A stretch of 64,000 nucleotides of DNA from an uncultured virus (IMG/VR IMGVR_UViG_2706795104_000001) (IMGVR_UViG_2706795104_000001:88779-152778), one strand, 5' to 3'; positions 29,757 through 40,096 are shown, counted from the first letter of the stretch. The notes: a model not told the origin generated them from the sequence alone. Made by a program: numbers and translations.

Positions 29757-30320
29757 ATGAATCCATTTGAGAATGAGGATTTAATTAAGATTTCAGCAAG
29801 TGATTTAACGTACCACAGACGGGGAGTTCTCTACGTAGAGAAACGTCCCTACTACATAGTAGAGTTGATTAAGGAGCCAAACACTGCGTTATATGCAGTT
29901 GTGTATGCGGTCCAACCAGGTACAGAAAGCAATCCGAAGAAACGAGCTACACCCATTGTCAACAACGCAAACCGATTTAGTGGGGAAACAAGATTAGGTC
30001 AGATTGCAAACATGATGTTCCCTGTAAAGAAGACGACAGGGTGGAAGGAGAATCCACCACTATTCGTATCACCTGTACTTAGCGGCCGAGTGGCTACACT
30101 TACAGGAGTGAACGAAGACGGATTCTTCGAACGTACACCTGATAGATGGACTTCTGTAGGGGGCACGAAGAAGTTAGAGCACGGTCAACCAACAGGAGTG
30201 TTTATTGGGTTATCTACGGTGAAGTGGGATGAGATTACACATATCCCAGTAGACTCACTTGTACAAGCTATGATCCGTAATAAACAGACGAGTGACTTCT
30301 TCGACTTATCAGGAAAATAA
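29757..30320 (+). CDS. Hypothetical protein
   Basis: GAGGGG RBS; TATAAT at 29717. Confidence 0.75.
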   Translation: MNPFENEDLIKISASDLTYHRRGVLYVEKRPYYIVELIKEPNTALYAVVYAVQPGTESNPKKRATPIVNNANRFSGETRLGQIANMMFPVKKTTGWKENPPLFVSPVLSGRVATLTGVNEDGFFERTPDRWTSVGGTKKLEHGQPTGVFIGLSTVKWDEITHIPVDSLVQAMIRNKQTSDFFDLSGK

Positions 30321-30342
30321 TAGTTTACTAGGAGGGTAATGT

Positions 30343-30486
30343 ATGCCGTATGTAATCGTAACTGAGTACTGCCCACATTGTAAGAGTGAGCAGGATATCA
30401 AACATAGTTTTGTCGTGACATGTCTTAACTGTAGAAATGTACTTAGAGACATGTGGGATGATGAGGAGGACGATGACAATGAATAG
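30343..30486 (+). CDS. Small Zn-ribbon protein (47 aa, not in ORF track)
   Basis: GGAGG RBS; CPHC and CLNC, acidic tail. Confidence 0.65.
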   Translation: MPYVIVTEYCPHCKSEQDIKHSFVVTCLNCRNVLRDMWDDEEDDDNE

Positions 30487-30937
30487 AGAGCAGCAATTAG
30501 AATTAGAAATTCTACAGAAGCAAGCAGAATTACGTAAACTACAAAAGGAGAAAGAGGATAGAAAGAAACCGATTCCTTTTGATCCTGAAGGTACATGGAG
30601 GGTAACAACCGAAGGTGACTGCGAAGGACGTAGCACTAGACACTTAGGTATATACGAAGGTCATGTACTAGATGTGGTGCGTCAGTTAGCAGGACAAGTC
30701 TACTACCAATTGACGTTAGAGCGTGTACAACCTCAGAGAGCTACAAAGCTCACTAAAGGAGCAAGACGATCCGTACAGTTCCATGTTAGCGCAGGAGACA
30801 GAGAAGAACAGGAAAAGTTACCTTCAGGTGATAGTAACGCACAGTTCAGAGCATTAGCGCAACATCTGAGAGACGGAGAGTCACTTAAAGAAGGTAACTA
30901 CTACAATGCAGTAGAATTAACTTGGGAGGTAAAATAA
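30479..30937 (+). CDS. Hypothetical protein
   Basis: GAGGAGG RBS; W.VTTEGDCEGRS..LG motif. Confidence 0.75.
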   Translation: MNREQQLELEILQKQAELRKLQKEKEDRKKPIPFDPEGTWRVTTEGDCEGRSTRHLGIYEGHVLDVVRQLAGQVYYQLTLERVQPQRATKLTKGARRSVQFHVSAGDREEQEKLPSGDSNAQFRALAQHLRDGESLKEGNYYNAVELTWEVK

Positions 30938-30938
30938 T

Positions 30939-31289
30939 ATGAATAAAACAATAGACTTTATGCTTAAATGGTTCTTACCAATTTGTATCATGATTATCCT
31001 CTTCTCGGGAGCAGGTCAGATAGTGTACGGTTCCGTGACTGTAGGTCTAATTCAGGTATTCACAGGGTTCTATGTCGCAACTATGATTACACCTATGAAA
31101 ATGGAACGAATGGTTAAGCGTTACGCTATTTGGTTGGGGATCTTAACTGTAGGGATGATTATTAGTCTTATCGTTCTCCTATTCATAGGAAACTACTTTG
31201 GAGCGTTCAGTACTGTGTTAGTCACTGGTGCAGGTATGTATAACATTTACATTCTATACTTCAAACAGGGTAAGGAGGATCAGGAATGA
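30939..31289 (+). CDS. Membrane protein (about 4 TM)
   Basis: Hydrophobic throughout. Confidence 0.75.
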   Translation: MNKTIDFMLKWFLPICIMIILFSGAGQIVYGSVTVGLIQVFTGFYVATMITPMKMERMVKRYAIWLGILTVGMIISLIVLLFIGNYFGAFSTVLVTGAGMYNIYILYFKQGKEDQE

Positions 31290-31588
31290 TTATACACAAA
31301 CAGGAAGTAAAAGAAACCATCAAGGTGTTCCACAACAGTCGTAAAGAGATGTGGGAGAACCTAGAGAAGTTAAAGTTAGAAGGTTGGTCAGGAAATACTC
31401 GTGTAAGTGCTGTAGGTTTGGTTTTAATTCGACAAGAACTAGGTCACTCGGATATTGAGTGGTTAAACGAGAGGTACCCTGATTTAGTTATTCATGAGCC
31501 TGAAGCAGGTAGCTACATATACACACAACCCTATGTGTTCTACACGGAACACGAGAAAATTATCAAGGAGGAATATAAAAATGAATAG
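31286..31588 (+). CDS. Hypothetical protein
   Basis: AAGGAGG RBS. Confidence 0.7.
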   Translation: MIIHKQEVKETIKVFHNSRKEMWENLEKLKLEGWSGNTRVSAVGLVLIRQELGHSDIEWLNERYPDLVIHEPEAGSYIYTQPYVFYTEHEKIIKEEYKNE

Positions 31589-31796
31589 TTCAGACAAATT
31601 TTCAGGTATTTTCCAAATAATTGCTACTTTGTTGTTAGGGTGTACAATCGTATTTAATTTATCCACAGGAGCACCTGTTTTCGGTTGGGTGTACGTTGTC
31701 TTTGTACTCAGTTTCATTTGGATGCTACTAGGTAATCCAATGTTCACAGAGAGGTTCCCATACTTTAAAAACTTATTGAAACGTAAGGGGGAATAA
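31581..31796 (+). CDS. Small membrane protein
   Basis: AAGGAGG RBS before ATG 31581; 2 TM. Confidence 0.7.
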   Translation: MNSSDKFSGIFQIIATLLLGCTIVFNLSTGAPVFGWVYVVFVLSFIWMLLGNPMFTERFPYFKNLLKRKGE

Positions 31797-31798
31797 AC

Positions 31799-32551
31799 TT
31801 GGGGAAATGGAAAGATAGAATTTGGTTCCATAAGTCTAAGGAGACGACAGGTCTTCGTTGCTGGCTACACTGGGGAGACGCAGTGTGGCACTATGAGGGC
31901 TACACCTTTAAGAACGCAAACAAACTAGGATTCAGTATAGATGTAGGAGGAGACGAGAACGACCTCTCCTTCTCTCTAGGTATTAAAGGACTGTTTACAT
32001 TCTATTTCGGTGTAGATGGACTATTACCTCGTAAGTGGAAATACAAACACTTACCTGTCACACGTAACTACGGGATTAGTGCATTTGACGAGTACATAAG
32101 CATTGAGTTCCACCGAGACGACTATGGACACGAAGAAGGTTGGAGAGGTTTCCACAAGATGATTAACTGGAAGAATGTAATCTTCGGTAAAGACAAGTAT
32201 ACAGAGGAAGAGATACACACGATGCGTGGGTACGTTAGAATGCCTGAAGGTGACTATGCGGCCACGATCCGAGCTTACAACGCTACATGGACTCGTAAAC
32301 GCTTTGTAGCTCCTGTAACCATTACCCGTTACGAAATCACACCTGACATTCCTATTCCTGAGCCAGGTAAAGGAGAGAACGGATGGGATCAGGAGGATGA
32401 CGCTACGTTCTGTACAACAATCCGAGCAGATAGTGTATCCGATGCACTGTTCCGTATGGCACAAAGTATCATGCGTACACGAGAGAGAAGAGAAGGTAAG
32501 AACTGGGCTCCTGAAGCAGGTTTCTCGGACAAGCTGAACCAACCATTGTAA
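31799..32551 (+). CDS. Hypothetical protein
   Basis: 250 aa ORF with TTG start; terminator-like hairpin at 32552-32586. Confidence 0.75.
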   Translation: MGKWKDRIWFHKSKETTGLRCWLHWGDAVWHYEGYTFKNANKLGFSIDVGGDENDLSFSLGIKGLFTFYFGVDGLLPRKWKYKHLPVTRNYGISAFDEYISIEFHRDDYGHEEGWRGFHKMINWKNVIFGKDKYTEEEIHTMRGYVRMPEGDYAATIRAYNATWTRKRFVAPVTITRYEITPDIPIPEPGKGENGWDQEDDATFCTTIRADSVSDALFRMAQSIMRTRERREGKNWAPEAGFSDKLNQPL

Positions 32552-32605
32552 AAAGAGGAGAATGCTATAACAGGCATTCTCTTTTCGTTAGAGAGGGGAT
32601 ACATA

Positions 32606-33322
32606 ATGAAACGATTTTATGAACAAGATATAAAAGACCTGATTCTAGAGAAGCAACATCTATTCGTATCAAATACAGACGCATCTACAGTCGTGTTTGA
32701 AAAAGGGATCGTAATTGGTTCTACGATTGCAGACTGCTTGATATTCTCACGAGAGAAAGGTATTATAGGAATTGAAATTAAAACAGAAAGAGATTCAACA
32801 CGTAGATTAAATAATCAGTTAAAGAATTACAGTCTTGTGTGTGATTGGGTTTACGTTATGTGCCACGATAACCACGTAGAGAAGGTTGAAGACATATTAG
32901 CTAAGAACGGACATCATCACGTAGGCATCTTAGCATATACGGAGTTTAGGGGGGTAGCTATCCTAGGGGAATACAGAACTCCTAAGCGATCCCCTTATAA
33001 GAAAGTAAACGTAGCATATCAGATGCTATGGAAGGAAGAGATTAACAATATTCTCGGAAGTTTCAAACGACAGGTAAGTACACTGGAAGAGTTTGGGATG
33101 AAAGTGGATACAGTAGACAGTAGGTCAGGAGGATTAAACGGTCTCTATGTGCAGTCTAATGCTTCTAAGAAGTACTTGAAGAAGTCAGATATGATTAACA
33201 TGATTATAGGTAGACTTGGGGAGACACAGGCAAATACACTGCTTTGTAACATCTTTATAGCAGGTAAAATGCACCCCGATAAACAATTGTCCTTCCACCA
33301 CTTCAAAAGAAAAGATATATGA
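32606..33322 (+). CDS. Sce7726-like PD-(D/E)XK-fold protein
   Basis: IAD....GIEIKTERDS..RL..QL..Y. Confidence 0.7.
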   Translation: MKRFYEQDIKDLILEKQHLFVSNTDASTVVFEKGIVIGSTIADCLIFSREKGIIGIEIKTERDSTRRLNNQLKNYSLVCDWVYVMCHDNHVEKVEDILAKNGHHHVGILAYTEFRGVAILGEYRTPKRSPYKKVNVAYQMLWKEEINNILGSFKRQVSTLEEFGMKVDTVDSRSGGLNGLYVQSNASKKYLKKSDMINMIIGRLGETQANTLLCNIFIAGKMHPDKQLSFHHFKRKDI

Positions 33323-33360
33323 TACAATAGAGAGGAGAATAAACGTAAAGGGGAATTGTT

Positions 33361-34131
33361 ATGGCAAAGAAAATTGAAGCGGTAGAACGAGTAGGTACAG
33401 TAGGGGTAAATAGTCACGGGTCACGGATGGTAGTAGTATGGTACGAGAACAGTAAGAAAGTTATCGTACAGTTTGAGCAAGGTAACGTTGTACAAACTAG
33501 TTGGCAGCTGTTCATCAAAGGATCAGTAAAGAATCCGTACGACAAAACACTTCTTGGTGTAGGATACATGGGGTTAGGTCGCTATAGCTCTAAGACGGAG
33601 GATGGAGAAGATAACCCCATCTACTACACTTGGCTTCGTATGATGAGACGTTGTTACGATGAGAATACACACAAAAGACAACCTGCGTATATTAACTGTA
33701 TAGTTGATCCTGATTGGCACAACTTCCAAAACTTTGCAAAGTGGTACGAGGAAAACTATTATGAGGTTGACGGAGAGACTATGTGCCTTGACAAAGATAT
33801 ACGTATTAAAGGTAATAAAGTATACTCACCTGATACATGTATCTTTGCTCCGACTCTCATTAATAACCTGTTTATAACAAACGATAGTAGAAGAGGGGAG
33901 CTACCTGTAGGAGTCGTATACGATAAGAAACACGACAAATACATAGCGCAATATAGGACTCCTCAAGGTAAACATTGGATAGGAAGATTCAAAACGGCAG
34001 AAGAAGCTTTCCTTGCTTATAAAGAGTTTAAGGAAGTTTATATAAAGAAGGTTGCAGAGGAATATAAGGGTAAAATACCACATACACTCTATAATATAAT
34101 GATGACGTACAAGATAGAGATGACTGACTAA
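33361..34131 (+). CDS. Putative HNH-type homing endonuclease with AP2-like C-terminus
   Basis: W..M..RCY, WHNFQNF..W, LDKDI...NKVYSPDTC, GRF.TAEEAF.AY. Confidence 0.75.
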   Translation: MAKKIEAVERVGTVGVNSHGSRMVVVWYENSKKVIVQFEQGNVVQTSWQLFIKGSVKNPYDKTLLGVGYMGLGRYSSKTEDGEDNPIYYTWLRMMRRCYDENTHKRQPAYINCIVDPDWHNFQNFAKWYEENYYEVDGETMCLDKDIRIKGNKVYSPDTCIFAPTLINNLFITNDSRRGELPVGVVYDKKHDKYIAQYRTPQGKHWIGRFKTAEEAFLAYKEFKEVYIKKVAEEYKGKIPHTLYNIMMTYKIEMTD

Positions 34132-34171
34132 CTTTCCATCATTTTAAGAAAAAGTAAGAAAAAAGTGGAAA

Positions 34172-34310
34172 TAGACTTCTAAAAGTATGTATGATATCAT
34201 AAAGATAGGAGTATACTATAACTACAAAGTTATCGGATATACTCCTTTCCTCCTTACATCGGAGGTTGGAGTAGAGACAGGAGACAACTAAAATTAAGGA
34301 GGAATTTACA
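34172..34310 (+). promoter_or_regulatory. Promoter plus structured 5' leader with anti-SD
   Basis: TAGACT-N17-TATCAT (TG extension); TTCCTCCTTA (34247-56) complementary to RBS TAAGGAGGAA (34295-304); alternative hairpins. Confidence 0.6.
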
Positions 34311-34862
34311 ATGACAGTTAAACAGTTGAGCTTAGTAAAATACGCAGGTGAATATTTTTGCACACTAGCAGACTATACGTTAACAAGAAGTACAGAGGGT
34401 TACTCAGATAGCGCATCGGTAAAATCAGCAGTTAGAACATTCGTAGTGAAATCAGATGCAACAAAATATATCTCTTTTAGAGGAGAAGCGCAATTAAAGA
34501 ATATTATCCAAGAGAATAAAGATAACCCTCACTTCCATGAGGACGACTTCCAAGGAACTAGAATGGGTATCATCGCTTGGGATATGTTAGAACCTTTAAA
34601 TAACCGTTTCAAAGAGAATAAAGAATACAAGAAAGCATTTGCTCAGTTCATGAAAGAAGCTAATGAATATATAAAAGGACAACAAAGTAAAGAATCTTCA
34701 GATACTAATGAATCTAATGACCCTACGGAGAGTCGTGCTATAGTAATACGTACATTACGATCCGAGTTGAATAGAGTTGATAAAGAGATAGAAGTTCGTC
34801 AAGTGAATAGAGAGAAACTACTTCAGGCTATTAACGCATTGGAGAGTTTAGAAGTCGAATAA
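34311..34862 (+). CDS. Hypothetical protein with C-terminal coiled coil
   Basis: Strong RBS; 183 aa. Confidence 0.75.
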   Translation: MTVKQLSLVKYAGEYFCTLADYTLTRSTEGYSDSASVKSAVRTFVVKSDATKYISFRGEAQLKNIIQENKDNPHFHEDDFQGTRMGIIAWDMLEPLNNRFKENKEYKKAFAQFMKEANEYIKGQQSKESSDTNESNDPTESRAIVIRTLRSELNRVDKEIEVRQVNREKLLQAINALESLEVE

Positions 34863-34957
34863 AAGTAAAAGATTATGGTATAATTAAATAGTTACAGAAT
34901 AGGGTTGCATTTTATGGTGCAACCCTTTATTATATTATTTATAGAGGGAGTTACAGT

Positions 34958-35494
34958 ATGAGAGAGAAAAAAGGACAACCGAATGCGGTCCAACGAAGTA
35001 TGTCACGAGGACTGGGAGCACGAGGTGATGGAACCAAGAATATTAATGACAACGGGAAAGATGCCTATAAGCGCTCTAGACAGAGTACAAAGGGACAATA
35101 TAGAGTTGGGTTCACAGAACTGTTCGAACGGGTTACAGAGCGTGATATAAGCCTTAAACATACATATGCAAAAGATTTACTCTCTAACTACCTGAAAGTG
35201 CCTGTAGATATGATTACGTTAAAGGTAAAGAGGAAGCCACAGCAGACTCTAACCTCAGTAGATGAGGTATTCTACGTTAAAGTAGGATCGGATATCTACG
35301 GTAAAGTATCTATACGGGTGCAACGTGTATTACGAGGTAACATGCTTATATTCGTCTTTCAGGAGAAAAAGGCCGCAATGAAACCACCTACTAAGTCTTA
35401 CAGTAGGAAGACTGGGTTTAAAAAGAAAACATCCAGTCAAATTAGTCAGACCAAACGAAAATCTTACCATTCACGACAAGGAGGAACAAATTAA
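34958..35494 (+). CDS. Basic hypothetical protein
   Basis: K/R-rich termini. Confidence 0.7.
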   Translation: MREKKGQPNAVQRSMSRGLGARGDGTKNINDNGKDAYKRSRQSTKGQYRVGFTELFERVTERDISLKHTYAKDLLSNYLKVPVDMITLKVKRKPQQTLTSVDEVFYVKVGSDIYGKVSIRVQRVLRGNMLIFVFQEKKAAMKPPTKSYSRKTGFKKKTSSQISQTKRKSYHSRQGGTN

Positions 35495-36348
35495 TGCGAT
35501 TACCAAATGTAAAATCAAAAAAAGGTTCATTAGAAATGTTACAAGGTATGTTAAAGGACAAACGAAAACAAGTATACGGTGTATTCTACACAAACGATTT
35601 CTTCAGCCAACGTTACGTAGCTCGTAACCACGTATTAGCAGACGAGGTTAACATTGAAGAGAAGACAGTTAAACTAAAGATTGCTACACGAGTAGAGCAC
35701 GCAGGTTTATGGGAGCTAGAGAATACGTTAGACACATTAGTTCGTTACGAAGCAGGAGATATCCCAGGATACGATTACACAGAAGAGAACGCTACGATCC
35801 CTACAGTTCCTGAACCAATCTCTGTAACGAAACACCTATACAGTATCGACTTAGTTCTAATTATGAAGGAGCCATCAATCACATACCAATCGTTTAGTAT
35901 TGCAGGAGTTAAGTTCTTAATGATTAACATTCTGCATGTGATAGAAGACGATGGTGACGAGTTCGAACAGAAAGTATCGCTACTATTCAGTGAAGCAGGT
36001 AAGCTAAGTGTATTCTCTCACTTATATAATAAAGAGTTAACACCTGAAGACATCCATATGTTGTTGCATCTAATCATGGATAAGAATATTACAGGAAAAG
36101 AAATTTTAGCCGTACGTATCCAACATAAGTCAGGGACAAAGAGTGTACTCGTTCCTGCTGATGAGTTAATCAGTACTTGGATAGCTGCTAAGGATTCATA
36201 TGTTTTCAGTGCAGGGTTAAGCTATATTGACATCCCTTACGATAGCATCAACACATACACATTTACAATGCAACCGAACACCATTGCAGGTCATCAATTA
36301 GAGCTAGAGAACGAAGAACATACGTTACATATTCTAATGGAGAACTAG
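35494..36348 (+). CDS. Hypothetical protein
   Basis: AAGGAGG RBS, TAATG coupling. Confidence 0.75.
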   Translation: MRLPNVKSKKGSLEMLQGMLKDKRKQVYGVFYTNDFFSQRYVARNHVLADEVNIEEKTVKLKIATRVEHAGLWELENTLDTLVRYEAGDIPGYDYTEENATIPTVPEPISVTKHLYSIDLVLIMKEPSITYQSFSIAGVKFLMINILHVIEDDGDEFEQKVSLLFSEAGKLSVFSHLYNKELTPEDIHMLLHLIMDKNITGKEILAVRIQHKSGTKSVLVPADELISTWIAAKDSYVFSAGLSYIDIPYDSINTYTFTMQPNTIAGHQLELENEEHTLHILMEN

Positions 36349-36349
36349 T

Positions 36350-36598
36350 ATGATAACATTAACTGTCACTGTATCGGTAATCGTATACGTATTAGAGTCT
36401 CTATTCTGCGCTTGGACACTAACCCTCCCTCTACTAACCTGGTCAGGATCAGAGGTTGAAAAAGGGTTACCTAAAGGTAAAGCCCTAAAATGGGGCTTCC
36501 TTGGTGCCCTAATAGGAAACATAAGTATCCTTGCTCTTGTGGGAATCGTAAACCTTCTATTCGATTTAGGAGATTGGATGATTAATAACTTACCGTAA
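36350..36598 (+). CDS. Membrane protein
   Basis: 2 TM; terminator AAACTAGGA/TCCTAGTTT follows. Confidence 0.65.
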   Translation: MITLTVTVSVIVYVLESLFCAWTLTLPLLTWSGSEVEKGLPKGKALKWGFLGALIGNISILALVGIVNLLFDLGDWMINNLP

Positions 36599-36930
36599 AC
36601 TAGGATTAATTTCCTAGTTTTTCTTTATATTCACGATCCTACAGAGCCATTTTAAGTAGAAAAAAGTACACTACATAGTGCCGTTAATTTTTAGGTTCTA
36701 AACTGGTTTTTCGGTACCAATCGTGAACAGCCTGATTTCATACAAGATATTCCACATTCGTAAACGTTAAAAAACCATACTACGTTGTGTAACTTTTAAA
36801 CAATTTACGAAAAAGTTTAAAATTTACTGTATGATTTACTATATTATACGTAGACGTTGATACAGAAGGTTTTAGAGGACAATTTCCTCTATTTACGATG
36901 TGAATATATTTGAAAGGGTTGGGATTTAAA

Positions 36931-37653
36931 ATGGCAGGAAACGATAAAAAGAAATTAGGATCAAGCAGTGTATTGGTGCAGTTGTATAAGAATAAAAAGT
37001 TATGCACGAAAGTAGACAACATGTTAGACGAAGGACTAACGTACGACTACATTATAGAGTTCTGTAAGGATAATGATTTCAGTATTTCAAAAGCTTCACT
37101 AACGAACTATAAAAAGAAACGTGAAGAAGCAATTGAAAAAGGAGTACCGTTACTTCAGTTACTGGACAAGCGTGCAAAGGATAACGTTACATACATTTCA
37201 GATAAGCAAGTAAACGAGTTTTGGAAGTCACCTGAGGACGGATCGGAAGAATCTATGTCAATGGCTTCCGTTACAGATATGACAAAAGTAGGTACAATCT
37301 TTAACGATTTAGAACTACTGGATGAGATTATCAAGAAAGGTGCAAAAGGGTTACAGGCATTTGACGTAGTGGATACACCGTTGGCGATGAAAGCTATCGA
37401 ATTGAAAGCGAAGATTACAAACAACCAATTAAGCGGTCTATCTATTGCAGGTCTACGTGAGATTAAATTACGTCAAACTGCAAAAGAAACTGCTATGATG
37501 CAGGTTATCATGGCATACGTACCTGAAGACCAACACGATAAGTTATTTGAAGACTTAGACCTTGCAGAGAAAGAGTTCTACGAGAACTTAGACCTTACTG
37601 AAGAAGACAAACGTATCTCAAAAGCTATCTCAGCCGCAGGACTTGGTGATTGA
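36931..37653 (+). CDS. Conserved-looking hypothetical protein (N-terminal HTH-like region)
   Basis: Long ORF; start could be TTG 36910 or ATG 36931. Confidence 0.7.
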   Translation: MAGNDKKKLGSSSVLVQLYKNKKLCTKVDNMLDEGLTYDYIIEFCKDNDFSISKASLTNYKKKREEAIEKGVPLLQLLDKRAKDNVTYISDKQVNEFWKSPEDGSEESMSMASVTDMTKVGTIFNDLELLDEIIKKGAKGLQAFDVVDTPLAMKAIELKAKITNNQLSGLSIAGLREIKLRQTAKETAMMQVIMAYVPEDQHDKLFEDLDLAEKEFYENLDLTEEDKRISKAISAAGLGD

Positions 37654-37731
37654 GGAAGACAACTGAATAAGTGAGAATTAACGGAGGGTTCTGCTATATT
37701 ACTTGTAACAATAGAAAAGGAGAGTAATAAT

Positions 37732-38874
37732 ATGCAGACCCTTCATTTAGATGATAAGAAACGATACGCAAAGGAACGAGGATATACATTACTAGCTGAA
37801 GAGAACTTTAATAGGAATACTACGGTTATAGTGAGAAAGGATAGTAATGGTTACGAGTACACAGTTCATTGGAGCAGCTTCCGTGCAGGTGCCGAGCCTG
37901 TACGAACTACGTTTGAAACTAAATGCAAGCAAGCTAAGGAACGAGGATACACACTACTTGAGACAGAGAACTTCGGTATAAATGAAAAAGTAAAGCTTCA
38001 GAACGATGACACTGAAGAGGTATACGAAGTTAAGTTTACTGACTTCTTACACAAAGGATACAGAGAGAAATCACAGACTGTAATATCTAAAGGAGAAGCA
38101 GTTATCAAGGCGTACCTTGAGACCAACATAAAAGAAGGATTCAGGTTCCGTTATCAACATCGTGTAGACCTAGATAACAAGAAATTATACTACGACTTCA
38201 GTATACTGGATCGTAGCGACAATGTTATAGGGTTCATTGAGTATAATGGAGAGCAACATTACAATCCGAATAGTTTTGGTGGCTCTACCTTTGCTTTCAC
38301 TCAAGAATCTGATAAACTAAAGGAGACATACGCAGAAGAACAAGGTGTACCGTTACTGGTTATCCCTTATAGTAAGTCTACACAGATGTCGATAGCTAAA
38401 GAAGTCCAAAGAGCGTTCTCAGAGTGCGTATTAGACGAGATACAGAGTTTCACACCTAAACGTATCGACCGTAGCCACTCTACGCTAGAGGACAAGCAAG
38501 AACTTGTTAAACAGAAAGGCTACAGACTTCACGATTCAATTAAAGAGAACTTCACTACAATGGATAAAGTTACCCTTGTCAGTATTGAAACAGGAGCCGA
38601 GTGGAAGGTTAAATGGTTTGACTTCCTTAACGGTGCAGTACCGAGAGCAGAAGAACACAAGAGAAGAACAAAAGGATCGTTAGAAGAGAAACAAAAGATT
38701 GCAGACTACTTAGGTTATGAACTACTTGAGACAGATAACTTCTCTGTCAAAAAGAAAGTTCAATTAAAGGACAAAGAGACAGGAGAGGTTAGAATGTTAA
38801 AATGGGAACCACTAAAAACGAAATACACTAGATTGCAGAAGAAAGCGTTAGAGTCTGCTGGTTTAGGAATATAA
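37732..38874 (+). CDS. Putative free-standing homing endonuclease (Vsr/DUF559-like PD-(D/E)XK core with four ~55-aa repeats)
   Basis: SKGE..I, YDF, IEYNGEQHY, D..K..YA..IPY core; repeats of A.E.GY.LL...NF. Confidence 0.75.
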   Translation: MQTLHLDDKKRYAKERGYTLLAEENFNRNTTVIVRKDSNGYEYTVHWSSFRAGAEPVRTTFETKCKQAKERGYTLLETENFGINEKVKLQNDDTEEVYEVKFTDFLHKGYREKSQTVISKGEAVIKAYLETNIKEGFRFRYQHRVDLDNKKLYYDFSILDRSDNVIGFIEYNGEQHYNPNSFGGSTFAFTQESDKLKETYAEEQGVPLLVIPYSKSTQMSIAKEVQRAFSECVLDEIQSFTPKRIDRSHSTLEDKQELVKQKGYRLHDSIKENFTTMDKVTLVSIETGAEWKVKWFDFLNGAVPRAEEHKRRTKGSLEEKQKIADYLGYELLETDNFSVKKKVQLKDKETGEVRMLKWEPLKTKYTRLQKKALESAGLGI

Positions 38875-38888
38875 GGAGGGAATAACCA

Positions 38889-39368
38889 ATGAGTGAAGCA
38901 GTTGATATTACACAATACGAGAAGATTGAGTACGTAATGTACACGACACTAAAGGATAAGCTAGAAGCACTTCTGAGGGGAGAGGTGCTTCTTGTTAAAA
39001 ACTTCGAGCGCAGAATGAATCTTGATGTACTGATTCGGGTAGTAGACAAACGATTCACTGTATCGCAGATGACGTACGATATTATAGAAGACCCGAGCAA
39101 TGCACGATACTGGGTTACATTTAACGTAGGGATTAACGACTTATCATTGTTCTCTGTATTCAAGTTCGATGATAAAGTATTCAGTTACAAGAACAAGTTC
39201 CGAGTGGATGACCGAGTAGACTACATAAGTAAGTCGGGTACAAAGGATGCGGCCATTGTAGAAGAGGTGTATGTCTCCAAGACCGATCCTGAAGTGTTTC
39301 TATATAAGTTATCCAGGGAAGACGAGTTATATGAAGAGAAGGATTTAATAGCCGTGAAGTCTATGTAA
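38889..39368 (+). CDS. Hypothetical protein
   Basis: AAGGAGG RBS. Confidence 0.75.
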   Translation: MSEAVDITQYEKIEYVMYTTLKDKLEALLRGEVLLVKNFERRMNLDVLIRVVDKRFTVSQMTYDIIEDPSNARYWVTFNVGINDLSLFSVFKFDDKVFSYKNKFRVDDRVDYISKSGTKDAAIVEEVYVSKTDPEVFLYKLSREDELYEEKDLIAVKSM

Positions 39369-39400
39369 TACAGAGTCTAAAAAACTCTGTATTTTTTTTT
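39367..39400 (+). terminator. Rho-independent terminator
   Basis: AATACAGAGT/ACTCTGTATT plus T-run. Confidence 0.8.
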
Positions 39401-39411
39401 TGTTTATTTTG

Positions 39412-39441
39412 TTGACAGTAGGACAACCTATATGATATTCT
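39412..39441 (+). promoter_or_regulatory. sigmaA-type promoter
   Basis: TTGACA-N18-TATTCT with TG extension. Confidence 0.7.
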
Positions 39442-39486
39442 TTGGTTACAGAAGTTATTACAGTTTTTTAAGGAGGAAAGAAAGTC

Positions 39487-40095
39487 ATGAGTAAAGTTGA
39501 AAAGCTAGACATCACGAACGACTTTAATGAAGAGGACAATCTCTTCCAACCAAGCGTACATACGGTAAGTGAGCAAGAAGAGAAGATTGCCAAGGACTAT
39601 CAAAACGGTCTAGGAATTAAAGACCTAACTGATAAGTACGATGTCGCAGTCGGCACAGTCTACAATGCTTTACGTAGACAGAAAGTTACACTTCGCAAAG
39701 GAATGTACAACTCCCGAGCAGGTAATCGTTTGATTACAATGACAACTTTAGAGAAAGATAGTTTAGTAGAAGATTACTTATCAGGGATGACAATGAAAGC
39801 AATCTACACGAAACACCGTATCAATAAGCACGGTTGCTACACGATCCTAGATGAACGTAATATCGCAAGACGAGGTAGTTCAAACTTCGTACCAACTAAG
39901 ACGATTTCAGTTGAAGAAGCTGATAAACAACTAAGTATGATTCTAGATTCGTTAGATGAGGGCAAGGAAAAAGACAAAGTAACAAGTGTGGAAGCTAAAA
40001 TCGAAGGGGAAACTCTTCAGGTTCGTGTCTTCACAACCGTTAAACAACCAATTACTCAGGTTGTAACTACTATTGAATATGAGGAGGAAAATTAA
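39487..40095 (+). CDS. Tandem HTH DNA-binding protein
   Basis: Two repeats DY..G.....L..KY.V..GTVY..L. Confidence 0.7.
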   Translation: MSKVEKLDITNDFNEEDNLFQPSVHTVSEQEEKIAKDYQNGLGIKDLTDKYDVAVGTVYNALRRQKVTLRKGMYNSRAGNRLITMTTLEKDSLVEDYLSGMTMKAIYTKHRINKHGCYTILDERNIARRGSSNFVPTKTISVEEADKQLSMILDSLDEGKEKDKVTSVEAKIEGETLQVRVFTTVKQPITQVVTTIEYEEEN

Positions 40096-40096
40096 T

